DNA of 64,000 nucleotides, from assembly GCA_963555995.3 (NCBI GenBank), contig OY821641.1:576001-640000 (forward strand). Direction: 5' to 3'. The notes under the pieces were generated by a model. It ran no database searches and had not been told where the DNA came from. It was given only the letters and a program-made list of their open reading frames with translations. The position numbers and the translations under genes were made by a program. Source of the stretch: Vicinamibacteria bacterium (lineage in GTDB: Bacteria > Acidobacteriota > Vicinamibacteria > Marinacidobacterales > Marinacidobacteraceae). Positions 30,283 through 39,700 of this stretch are shown here, one piece after another. Numbering within the stretch: the first letter of the stretch is position 1; each line of letters opens with the position of its first letter.

Positions 30283-30813
30283 TCAGGCCGCCAGATAGCG
30301 CTCTTCCAGCACCCGCCGGTGATGGACGGCGTGCCCCACCGTGAGGAAGCAGATCGCCCGCACGGTGGCGCGGGCGCCGCTCGCCTCCCCGCTCCGCTCG
30401 AGCGCGGTCGCGTCGAACGACCGCATGAGGCTCACGGTGGCGTGGCGGATCGTCTCCAGTTCGTCGAGCAGGGATCCCAGGGAGCGTTCCCGGTGGTTGG
30501 ACGCGGCCACGTAGGGATCCTGTTCCATACCCGGCAGCGGCGTGTCGTCACCCCGGGCGAAGCGGAGCGCCCGCACCGACATGATGCGCTCGACATCGGC
30601 GATGTGTCCCACGACCTCGCGGATGGACCATTTCCCCGGCGCGTATCCCCGGGCTGACGCCTCTTCGGAAACGCCGGCCAGGCGGGAGCGGAGCGCCTCC
30701 ATTTCCTGAAGCGCCGCCTGCGGGAGATCGTCGCCGTCCGGTACCTGGCGCACATAGCCGTGGTAGTAGTCGGCGCACTCGTCGGGTTGGGGTCTGGTCC
30801 ACATCCGCGGCAT
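30283..30813 (-). CDS. DinB family protein
   Basis: YAPGKWSIREVVGHIAD, GHAVHH. Confidence 0.9.
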   Translation of the reverse strand: MPRMWTRPQPDECADYYHGYVRQVPDGDDLPQAALQEMEALRSRLAGVSEEASARGYAPGKWSIREVVGHIADVERIMSVRALRFARGDDTPLPGMEQDPYVAASNHRERSLGSLLDELETIRHATVSLMRSFDATALERSGEASGARATVRAICFLTVGHAVHHRRVLEERYLAA

Positions 30814-30865
30814 CGTAATCGAGGTGCGCCGGTACTATCCGGGGCTATCTCCGGAGGCTCTGTCC

Positions 30866-31348
30866 ATGCGCTCTTCTACTCTCCGTCTCGCTCTCGGCGG
30901 CGCCCTGCTGTCGCTCCTGGCCCTTTCCTGTGCCGGGCCGGTGAACGTCGAGGTCGAACCACCGGAACCCGAGAAGTCCCGCCTCAGCGGCCGCATCCCT
31001 CCGGTCGGCCCCTACTCCGCGGGAATCGAGTCCGGGAGCCTGGTGTTCCTGGCGGGTCAGATCGCGCTCGACCACGAGGGCGGCGGACTCGTCGAGGGCG
31101 GTATCGCGGAGCAGACCCATCAGGTCATGCAGAACCTGCAGGCCGTTCTCGAAGAGGCCGGTCTCGGTTTCGGGGACGTGGTCCGGAGCGGCGTGTTTCT
31201 CGCGGACGTGAACGATTTCGGAGCGATGAACGAGGTGTACGCCTCCTATTTCCCCGAGGGGGCGATCCCGCCGGTGCGCACCACGGTGGCGGTGGCCGGC
31301 ATCCCGCTCGGCGCGCTCCTCGAAATCGACATGATCGCGGTCCGCTGA
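30866..31348 (+). CDS. RidA/YjgF family imine deaminase with lipoprotein signal peptide
   Basis: GGAGG RBS and ATG 30866; LLALSC lipobox; GPYS, LAGQI, MNEVY, PVRTTV, LLEID. Confidence 0.88.
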   Translation: MRSSTLRLALGGALLSLLALSCAGPVNVEVEPPEPEKSRLSGRIPPVGPYSAGIESGSLVFLAGQIALDHEGGGLVEGGIAEQTHQVMQNLQAVLEEAGLGFGDVVRSGVFLADVNDFGAMNEVYASYFPEGAIPPVRTTVAVAGIPLGALLEIDMIAVR

Positions 31349-31394
31349 CCGGACGCTTCGTCCGCCGTAACCCCGGCTCGAGCGCGGCTGGAGC

Positions 31395-32699
31395 GTGACC
31401 AGCGGCAACCGCGGCGCCGGCCTCGGTCTGTCCCTGTGGACCGGCGGTCTGTTCGTGGTGGCGAACATGATCGGGACGGGGGTCTTCACGAGCCTCGGCT
31501 TCCAGGTCGCGGCGGTTCCCTCGGCCTTCCCGGCGCTCCTGCTCTGGGTCGTCGGCGGGTTGGTCGCGCTCGCCGGAGCGCTCGTCTACGGCGAACTGGG
31601 CGCGGCGCTGCCCCGTTCCGGGGGCGAATACAACCTGCTCCGGCGGAGCTTCCACCCGGCGGCGGGATTCGCCGCCGGCTGCGTTTCCGCGACCATGGGC
31701 TTCGCGGCGCCCACCGCGCTCGCGGCGGTGGCGATGGCCACCTACCTGCGGCCGCTGTTTCCCGGCATCGAGCCGGTCCACTTCGCGGCGGGGACGGTGA
31801 TCGCCTTCACCGCCGTGCACTCCCTCCCGGTCGGCTGGGGCAGCGGGATCAACAACGCCCTCACCGCCGCCAAGATCCTGCTGGTCATCGCCTTCTGCTG
31901 CCTGGGGTTCTGGGCTGGCGGGGTCTCGACGCCGCTCATTCCGAAGCCGGGGGACTTCGGACTGCTGCTGAGCCCGGGGTTCGCGGTCTCGCTGGTGTTC
32001 GTCTCCTATGCCTACACCGGCTGGAACGCCGCGGTTTACATCGTCGGGGACCTGAAACGTCCCGACCGGCTCGCCCGGGCGCTGGTGGCCGGCACGCTGC
32101 TCGTCACCGTCCTCTACGTCCTGGTCAACTTCGTGATCCTGCGGGCCGTCCCGCTGGAGGATCTCGCCGGCAGGATCGAGATCGGGTACCTGGCGGCGGA
32201 GCGCATCCTCGGCGCCGCCGGGGGCCGGGTGATGGCCGCGGTGCTCGGCCTGGTCCTGGCCTCCACGGTGAGCGCGATGGTCTTCCTCGGCCCGCGGGTG
32301 GTCCGGGCGATGGGAGAGGACGAGCCCTTCCTCCGGTCCCTGGGACGCGCGACGCCGGGAGGGGTTCCGCACCGCGCGCTGCTCCTGCAGCTCGGCATCA
32401 CGCTCGTGCTGCTCTATTCAGGGACGTTCGAGCAAATCCTGCTCTACGCCGGGTTCACCCTGAACCTGATGACGGCCGCCGCGGTTGCCGGCGTCTTCCG
32501 GCTGCGCGCTGGAAAGATCCCGGGCGCGATCCCCGGACGGTTCCGGACCCCGCTCTACCCGGCCGTCCCGCTCTTCTTCCTGGGGATGAGCGCGTGGACG
32601 CTGGGCTACACGCTGCTGGAGCGGCCCGGGGAGTCACTGCTGGGGCTCGCCACCGCGAGCGCCGGGGCCGTCCTCTACCTGGTGGCGAAGCGGCGCTAG
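31395..32699 (+). CDS. APC family amino acid permease
   Basis: NMIGTGVF, YGELGAALPRSGGEY, YAYTGWN, FRTPLYP. Confidence 0.92.
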   Translation: MTSGNRGAGLGLSLWTGGLFVVANMIGTGVFTSLGFQVAAVPSAFPALLLWVVGGLVALAGALVYGELGAALPRSGGEYNLLRRSFHPAAGFAAGCVSATMGFAAPTALAAVAMATYLRPLFPGIEPVHFAAGTVIAFTAVHSLPVGWGSGINNALTAAKILLVIAFCCLGFWAGGVSTPLIPKPGDFGLLLSPGFAVSLVFVSYAYTGWNAAVYIVGDLKRPDRLARALVAGTLLVTVLYVLVNFVILRAVPLEDLAGRIEIGYLAAERILGAAGGRVMAAVLGLVLASTVSAMVFLGPRVVRAMGEDEPFLRSLGRATPGGVPHRALLLQLGITLVLLYSGTFEQILLYAGFTLNLMTAAAVAGVFRLRAGKIPGAIPGRFRTPLYPAVPLFFLGMSAWTLGYTLLERPGESLLGLATASAGAVLYLVAKRR

Positions 32700-32747
32700 C
32701 GAGCGTGGGAGCGCCTGCCGGAGGCCGGCGCTCCCGGGGTTTTCTTC

Positions 32748-33473
32748 CTACAACCGCCGGCGCGGGTTGATCATCGTCCGCCACATGTGGGCGGAGGGGC
32801 TGTTGTCGTACCCCAGCCCTTCCTTCGGCTGCTTGAAGTGCCGGCCGATGATGTCCACGAAGGGATCAATCGAGACCTCGACGCCCCGCTCGAAGCTGTA
32901 GTCGTCGTGCATGGTGATGGATCGCGCCTCCATGTACCACTTGTGGTTGCGGGCGTATTCGTAGGCAGCCTTGATGTAGGGCTCCGGCTCGTGGTCGGCG
33001 CCGAACATCCGCACGTACATCTCGGGGTACTCGTAGCCCACCGACGCGTCGGGGAAGAAGCGCAGCGCCTGGTGGTAGCGGATGGCCCAGGAGACCTTCT
33101 CGGGCACGTACGGCTCGAGCAGTTGGGCGCCCCACCAGCCGTGGTCCGCCCGCACCAGGTTCATCACCGAGAGGTCGTGCAGCAGACAGGCGAGGATGAT
33201 CTCCTCGCTCATGCCGTGCTTCATCGCCCGCGTGGCGCTCTGCAGCACGTGGGAGGCCGGCGCGAACCGGTGCTCGAAGAAATCCACGAGCGTCGGCTTC
33301 GCCGGCATGATCGAGAGAGGTTCCTCGTCTTCCGACTTCGCGAGCGGCGGACGCTCCGGAGCTTCGAGCAGGTGCATCATCTCGTGCTCGAGCGCTTCGG
33401 CGCGGTCGTTCACGCCCACGATGCCGGCGCCGCTCACCGTAGCGGCGGCCTTCAGAAAGAGTCTGCGATCCAT
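32748..33473 (-). CDS. HD-domain metalloprotein with Tat signal
   Basis: GGAGG RBS, MDRRLFLK, SHVLQSA, LLHD, DHGWWGA, RYH, HDD. Confidence 0.8.
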   Translation of the reverse strand: MDRRLFLKAAATVSGAGIVGVNDRAEALEHEMMHLLEAPERPPLAKSEDEEPLSIMPAKPTLVDFFEHRFAPASHVLQSATRAMKHGMSEEIILACLLHDLSVMNLVRADHGWWGAQLLEPYVPEKVSWAIRYHQALRFFPDASVGYEYPEMYVRMFGADHEPEPYIKAAYEYARNHKWYMEARSITMHDDYSFERGVEVSIDPFVDIIGRHFKQPKEGLGYDNSPSAHMWRTMINPRRRL

Positions 33474-33490
33474 GTCGTTCGCCTCCGTTG

Positions 33491-33766
33491 TCAGGCTGCG
33501 CGTTCCCCGCTGGCGGGAGTCGTGGGGGTCGGCGGCTCCAGGAACCACGGCGGCCCGGCGAGTTGGCCCTCGATGCGCGCCAGGCGTTCCCCGAGGACGC
33601 GTACTTCGCCGCGAAGACCGCTGATTTCGCCGCGAAGACCGCTGATTCTGCCGCGAATCTCGCTGCGAAGCCCGCTGATCTCGCTGCAGATGGCGCGTTC
33701 CCCGTTCAGGATGATCGCGGCCAGCGCGACCCCGACTCCGATGACGGAGAGGATGGTGCCATCCAT
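33491..33766 (-). CDS. Small membrane-anchored coiled-coil protein with heptad repeats
   Basis: MDGTILSVIGVGVALAAIIL (TM) followed by (EISGLRG)n; TATACT lies 6 nt before the ATG. Confidence 0.65.
   Translation of the reverse strand: MDGTILSVIGVGVALAAIILNGERAICSEISGLRSEIRGRISGLRGEISGLRGEVRVLGERLARIEGQLAGPPWFLEPPTPTTPASGERAA
33605..33690. repeat. 21-bp coding tandem repeat
   Basis: TTCGCCGCGAAGACCGCTGAT and variants, about 3-4 copies, encoding ISGLRGE. Confidence 0.75.
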
Positions 33767-33802
33767 CTGGCTAGTATAGGAAAAACTCCGGACGCACGTC
33801 CG

Positions 33803-34999
33803 ATTCCCTCGTCGTCCTGCCGCCTGATCCCCGATCCCCTCTCCCGCCGCCAGATCCTCGGCGCCGCCACCAAGCTCGTTTCCGGTCTCGCCGCCGGCGG
33901 CGCCGCGGCCTGCGCCGGGCGGCCGGTTCCCGCCCCCCGGACCACGCCCGACCCGCTGCCGCGCCCGGCTTTCTGCCTCCCGGCGGTCAACGTTTCCCGC
34001 GACCGGATCATCCGCACCGTCGTCGGGCTCCGGCCGTACCGCCCCTCGGGCTTTCGGGTGGAGAGCGAGGACCTCGGCGGGGGCCGGATCCTGGTCCACA
34101 ACTACGGCCATGGCGGCGCCGGGGTGACCCTCTCCTGGGGCAGCGCCTGGCTCGCCGTCGAGGAATTGATCGGCGACGCTCCGCCTCCAGCGAGGGTGGC
34201 GGTGGTCGGCTGCGGGGCGGTCGGACTCGCGACTGCCCGCCTGCTCCAGCGGCGCGGCGTGGAGGTGACCATCTACACGAAGGACCTCCCGCCGGACACC
34301 ACCTCGCACGTGGCTTGCGCCCAGTGGGGCCCCTACTCGGTGTCCGATGCCCGCGTGCACACCGCGGCGTTCCAGAACCGGATGGAGCGCGCCGCCCGGA
34401 TCTCCCACCGCATCTTCCAGGAGATGGTGGGCGTCCGCTACGGCGTCCACTGGCTCCCCAACTACCCCCTGAGCGACGTTCCCTTCGGAGGTCCGGGCCA
34501 GCCCGGCCGGCTCGCCGACCTCTTTCCCGGGACCCGCGATCTCGAACCCGGGACGCATCCGTTCCCGGTCCGCCACGCCCGCGAATACATGACGATGATG
34601 ATCGAGCCGCCGGTGTACCTGGGCGCGGTCATCGAGGACTTCCAGCTCGCCGGCGGCCGGATCCGCATCCGCGACTTCGGCTCCCTCGACGAGATCGCCG
34701 GCCTGGCGGAACGCCGCGTGGTGAACTGCACCGGCATCGGCGCGCGGGACCTGGTCGGCGACGAGGAACTCGTCCCCCTCAAGGGCCAGCTCACCGTCCT
34801 GCTGCCGCAGCCCGAGATCCGCTACATCGCCCTCTACCAGGGGCTCTACATGATGCCTCGCGCCGACGGCATCCTGCTGGGCGGGACCCGGGAGCGGGGC
34901 GAGTGGTCGCTCGAGCCGAACCGGGAGGCCGAGGAGCGCATCCTGGCCGGCCACGCCGACTTCTTCGGCCGGATGGCGATCCTTCCGCGGCGGACCTGA
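33803..34999 (+). CDS. FAD-dependent D-amino acid oxidase family protein, circularly permuted, Tat signal; start uncertain
   Basis: SRRQILG Tat motif; VGLRPYR and HNYGHGGAGVTLSWG precede the Rossmann VAVVGCGAVG; VNCTGIGA, KGQ. Confidence 0.82.
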   Translation: MPSSSCRLIPDPLSRRQILGAATKLVSGLAAGGAAACAGRPVPAPRTTPDPLPRPAFCLPAVNVSRDRIIRTVVGLRPYRPSGFRVESEDLGGGRILVHNYGHGGAGVTLSWGSAWLAVEELIGDAPPPARVAVVGCGAVGLATARLLQRRGVEVTIYTKDLPPDTTSHVACAQWGPYSVSDARVHTAAFQNRMERAARISHRIFQEMVGVRYGVHWLPNYPLSDVPFGGPGQPGRLADLFPGTRDLEPGTHPFPVRHAREYMTMMIEPPVYLGAVIEDFQLAGGRIRIRDFGSLDEIAGLAERRVVNCTGIGARDLVGDEELVPLKGQLTVLLPQPEIRYIALYQGLYMMPRADGILLGGTRERGEWSLEPNREAEERILAGHADFFGRMAILPRRT

Positions 35000-35078
35000 G
35001 GCTGCTGGCGGTCGCTTTGCGCGGCCCTTGGTGACGTTCGGGCGACATCCGTCACGGAGGCGCTGCGCCGCGGGTAAT

Positions 35079-36465
35079 GAGCTATGTCCGAAAGTGGGTG
35101 ACGGCATGATCAGGCGGCGGCGCGGGTTTCGGTTTCGTCGGCCTGGATGCCGTCGGTGAACTGGACGCCCTCGATGACCTGGGTCAGTTTGTCGTAGCCG
35201 TTGAGCCGACGCCAGGTTTCGCTGGCGGCGGTGACCAGCTTGAAGACCATCGCCAGCGCGGTTCGGTGGGAGAGGCATCCCTTGCTGCGAACGGTGCGAT
35301 GGCGGACGGTGGCGAACACGCTCTCGATGGGGTTGGTGGTGCGGATGTGCTGCCAGTGCTCGGCGGGGAAGTCGTAGAACGCGAGCAGCGCCTCCTGGTC
35401 CTTGGTCAGGCAACGAACGGCTTCCCCGTATTTCGCCTGGTATTTGGCGGCGAAGGTGTCGAGCGCCTTCTCCGCCTTCTTGCGGCTCTCCGCCATCCAG
35501 ATCTGGTGGAGGTCCTGCTTCGCGTTGCGTTGCCGGGACTTGGGCAACTTGTTCAGCACGTTCGCCGTCTTGTGGACCCAGCAGCGCTGCCGGCGGGTCT
35601 TGGGGAAGACCTCGTCCAGCGCCTTCCAGAAGCCCAGCGCACCATCCCCGATCGCCAGCTCCGGGGAGACTTCGAGGCCGCGCCCACGCAGGTCCACCAG
35701 TAGCTCCCGCCAACTCTGGGCGCTCTCCCGGAACCCGGCCTGGAACCCCAACAGTTCCTTCTTGCCCTCCGGGGTGGCGCCGATGAGCACCAGAACGCAC
35801 TGCTTCTCGTCTTCCAGCCGGCCCTGCAGGTAGATCCCGTCCGCCCAGACGTAGACATACCGCCGACCCGAGAGATCCCGCCCCCGCCAGCGCTCGTGCT
35901 CCGCCTCCCATGCCGACTTCAGCCGGCCGATCACCCCCGGCGACAGCCCCGATGCCCCCGAGCCCAACAGCTCCGACAGCGCCTCCCCGAAGTCCCCGCT
36001 CGAAACCCCCAGCAGATACAGCGTCGGCAGCGCCGCGTCCAGCGAGCGCGTCCGCCGCGCGAACCGCGGCAGAAGCCTCGACGAGAACCGAATCCGGTCC
36101 TCCCCGCTGTCCCCGCGATCCCGGACCTTCGGCCGCCGCACCGGAACCGGCCCGATCCCCGTCAGGATCGTCCGCTCCGGGCCGTGGCCGTGACGCACCA
36201 GACGCCGAACTCCGGTTGCCGTCCGATGATCCTCGTACGCCGCCAGCAGGGCAGCCACCTCCGCCTCCACGGCGTGCCGCACCAACTCGCGGGCGCCCGC
36301 TCGAAGAACCTCCGTCAGCGGGTCCTCAACCCCCTCTGGCGAGGGAAGGCGAACAACAGTACTCTCCTTCATGGCGTATCACTCCTCCTTGGAGATGTGG
36401 AAGGTCAGCAACCCCCACGATACGCCACCCCCTTCTCAGCCGTCACCCACTTTCGGACATAGCTC
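35079..36465 (-). mobile_element. IS256-family insertion sequence (1387 bp)
   Basis: Perfect 27-bp terminal IRs GAGCTATGTCCGAAAGTGGGTGACGGC; 9-bp direct repeat GCGGGTAAT at 35070-35078 and 36466-36474. Confidence 0.96.
35110..36372 (-). CDS. IS256-family DDE transposase
   Basis: YVWADG, RESAQSW, IGDGALGF, QRCWVHK, RTTNPIES. Confidence 0.96.
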   Translation of the reverse strand: MKESTVVRLPSPEGVEDPLTEVLRAGARELVRHAVEAEVAALLAAYEDHRTATGVRRLVRHGHGPERTILTGIGPVPVRRPKVRDRGDSGEDRIRFSSRLLPRFARRTRSLDAALPTLYLLGVSSGDFGEALSELLGSGASGLSPGVIGRLKSAWEAEHERWRGRDLSGRRYVYVWADGIYLQGRLEDEKQCVLVLIGATPEGKKELLGFQAGFRESAQSWRELLVDLRGRGLEVSPELAIGDGALGFWKALDEVFPKTRRQRCWVHKTANVLNKLPKSRQRNAKQDLHQIWMAESRKKAEKALDTFAAKYQAKYGEAVRCLTKDQEALLAFYDFPAEHWQHIRTTNPIESVFATVRHRTVRSKGCLSHRTALAMVFKLVTAASETWRRLNGYDKLTQVIEGVQFTDGIQADETETRAAA

Positions 36466-36777
36466 GCGGGTAATCTGACGGTTCGGATTCGCTTCGATTC
36501 GTTGAATTGGCCGCCCGCCCGGCGGTGTTCCGGCGACTCGCCGACTACGAGCACAAGCGTCCATGATTCAACGACTTATCGAGTCCACGCGGTGAATTGG
36601 ACGGGACGGTCCGTCTCTTGCCTTGGCTGATGGTGGAGAAACCTGGCCGGATCGCCTAAAGTTCCGGCTTCTATTCCCGATGGACCAATGTGTCAGGTCT
36701 TCGCAAACAACGTGCTTTGGACCGCCCGCCGCGTCGGGCGTCAGGCTCATGAACTCATACGAACTCAGGAGGGACTC

Positions 36778-39700
36778 ATGAGATCGCTTTTGTTTAGGAC
36801 CGCCGCAGTGCTCGGCGTCCTGGGACTCGCGTCGGGCGTCTTCGCCCAGACGTTCCAGGGCGGCGTTCGCGGCATCATTCAGGATGCCGACGGCGGGGTC
36901 CTGCCCGGTGTCAGCGTGACGCTCGAGAACGACGATACGGGTGTCTCCCGGACCGCGGTTTCGAACGCGGTCGGGGAGTACAACTTCGCGAGCGTCCAGC
37001 CGGGCACCTACACGCTCCGCGCCGAACTGAGCGGGTTCGCTCCGTTCGTGAGCGAGGGGCTCGTCGTGGGTGTCTCCTCGTTCCTCGTGGTGGACGCCAC
37101 CCTGGCCATTGGCGGCATCGAGGAGACGGTCACCGTCATCGGCGAGACGCCGCTGATCGAGACCGCGACCGCCTCGGTGTCTTCCGCGGTGAGCCGCTCC
37201 GAACTCGAGGTGCTTCCCACCCCGGGCCGGAACGTGTTCATCCTCGGCGTCGGAACGCCGAACGTGGTCCACACCGGGAACCCGGTCTGGGTGAAGCAGT
37301 CCGACCAGACGAACTCGTCCCTGCTCTCGCTGGGCGGCGGCCCGCTCCGCGGCAACAACTACACCGTGGACGGCGTCTCGACGACCGATCTCCGGAACCG
37401 CACCGTCATCATCCCGGTGTTCGAGGCGGTCCAGGAGCTGAAGGTCCAGGTGAACACCTACGACGCCGAGATGGGCCGCACCGGCGGCGGCGTGTTCAAC
37501 GTGATCCACCGCACCGGCACGAACAACTGGGCGGGCAGCGCGCTCTACCAGCGGCGTCCGGGGAAGGTGAACACGTTCTGGCGCGCCCTCTCCTACACCG
37601 ACCAGTTGGCGTACGACGCCGACAACTCGAGGACCTTCGCCGACCGTCCCTTCTGGCTCTGGGGAGGCTCCTTCGGCGGCCCGATCCTCCAGGACCGGAC
37701 CTTCTTCTGGTGGTCCGCGGAAGGGAACAACGACGTGCTCGCGGAGAACACGGAGGTCATCCTCCCCACCTCGGCCGAGGCCGCGGGTGATTTCTCGGCC
37801 AGCGACACGACGATCTACAACCCCTTCGACCTCGACGCGAACGGCAACCGGAAGCCGTTCCCCGGGAATGTCATCCCGGCGGACATGATTGATCCGGCCG
37901 GCCGCGGGCTCGCGCAGTTGCTGACGACCCTGGGACCGGGCGGCGGCGTCAGTTCGTCCGGCGCCCAGACGACGACCGCCCTCCAGTCCACCGCGAACGT
38001 GAGCCACACCTTCTCGGACGCGTGGCAGTCGTCGCTGACCTATCTCTACTACACCTCGAAGGAAGGCGCCTTCCAGCAGTACACGAACCTGCTGGGCGCG
38101 GACAGCGCCCCGGCTTTCGGCATCGGCGCGGCGGACCTGCTGCGCGACGTGCACGCCGTCGCCTTCAACAACACCTTCATCACCGGCGATGCCTCGGTGC
38201 TGACGTTGCGCTACGGACAGACGTACTTCAACGACTCGGTCATCAATCCGGAGTACGGGATTGACCAGATCCGCAGTGAACTCGGAGTCCAGGGCGGCTT
38301 CCTCGACCAGATCTTCGCCCAGGACGGCTATGTCGGCCAGTTCCCCTCGATCAGCGTCGCCAACTTCGGCGACGGCGGCTCGACCCACGGCTCCTGGTCC
38401 AACACGGATGTGCAGTGGACCTCGCGCGAGGTCAGCGGCACCTATTCGATGTTCCTTGGCAACCACACGCTGAAGTACGGCGCGCAGTGGCGCCGGATGG
38501 GCCTGCACGCCGCCGGGTTCGGCAACGGCTTCTCGATGAGCTTCGCGCAGAAGTTCACCCAGGGGCCGAACCCGACTGCTCCGGACAGCGGCTCCGGGAG
38601 CGCCCTCGCCGACCTGCTGCTCGGGATTCCGAACGGCGGCAGCGCGACGATCGCCCAAGCCGCCGACGTCTTCATTGACTACTACGGCGGTTTCATCCAG
38701 GACGACTGGCGGCCCAGCCAGAACCTGGTCCTGAACCTCGGCCTCCGGGTGGAGCACGAGACGGGCCTCATGGAGGACGACAACGGCTTCGCGGTCGGCT
38801 GGGACCGGACGAACCCCTTCCCGATGCAGGTCAGTCTCGACCCGAGCCTTGAAGGCAGTCTCCCCGGTTTCCCGCTGCGCGGTGGCCTCATGTATGCCGG
38901 CCTCGACGGCAACCCGACCCACCAGTGGGATCCTCCCGGCATCAAGTTGGGGCCCCGGCTCGGCTTCGCCTATACGCTGAACCCCGAGACCGTGGTCCGC
39001 GGCGGGTACGCGGTGTTCTGGGCGCCCTACGCCATTCCGAGCGGGACCGGCGCCTCGCACACCGGCACCTTCGGGTACACGGCGGTCACCAACTTCGATT
39101 CCAGCGTGGACGGCATCACCCCACCGAGCGCGACGGCTTCCAACCCGTTCCCGAACGGACTGCTGAACCCCGTCGGCAACGGGAACGGCCGCCTGCAGAA
39201 CATTGGCGGTGACGTTTACTTCAACGAGCAGTTCCGGGCCTCGCCCTACATCAACAAGTGGTCGCTGGACATCCAGCGCGACATCGGGAACGACCTCGCG
39301 CTGAAGATCGGCTACGTCGGCAGCCAGGGCGCCGACATCCCGATCGGCGGCACGAACAACTCGGTCATCAACATCAACCAGCTCGCCGACCAGTACCTTT
39401 CGCTTGGCGACCGGCTGAACGACCAGTATCCCAACCCGTTCTACGGCGATTCGCGCTTTGGCGCCCGCGCCAGCGACGAGACCCTGCCGCTCGGCCAGCT
39501 TCTGCGTCCGTTTCCACACTTCCGGAACGTCTTCGCCCGCCACGTGAGTTCGGGCAAGTCGCTCTACAACGCCCTCCGGGTCGAGTTCGAGAAGCGCTTC
39601 CGGGGGAACTGGGGCGCCCGGATCAACTACACCTTCACGAAGCACGACGACAACATCTACGAGAACAACCAGTTGCTCGAGAACGAGACCGGCACCATCT

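Noticed and set aside
33491-35911. 806-aa minus-strand ORF spanning the IS256 and the oxidase
   Set aside because: Chance open frame across an IS boundary; only the last 91 codons look like a real gene.
36475-36777. Cobalamin riboswitch or sigma54 promoter upstream of the TonB receptor
   Set aside because: No B12-box/GGGAA..GCCACTG pattern or TGGCAC-N5-TTGC consensus was recognisable.
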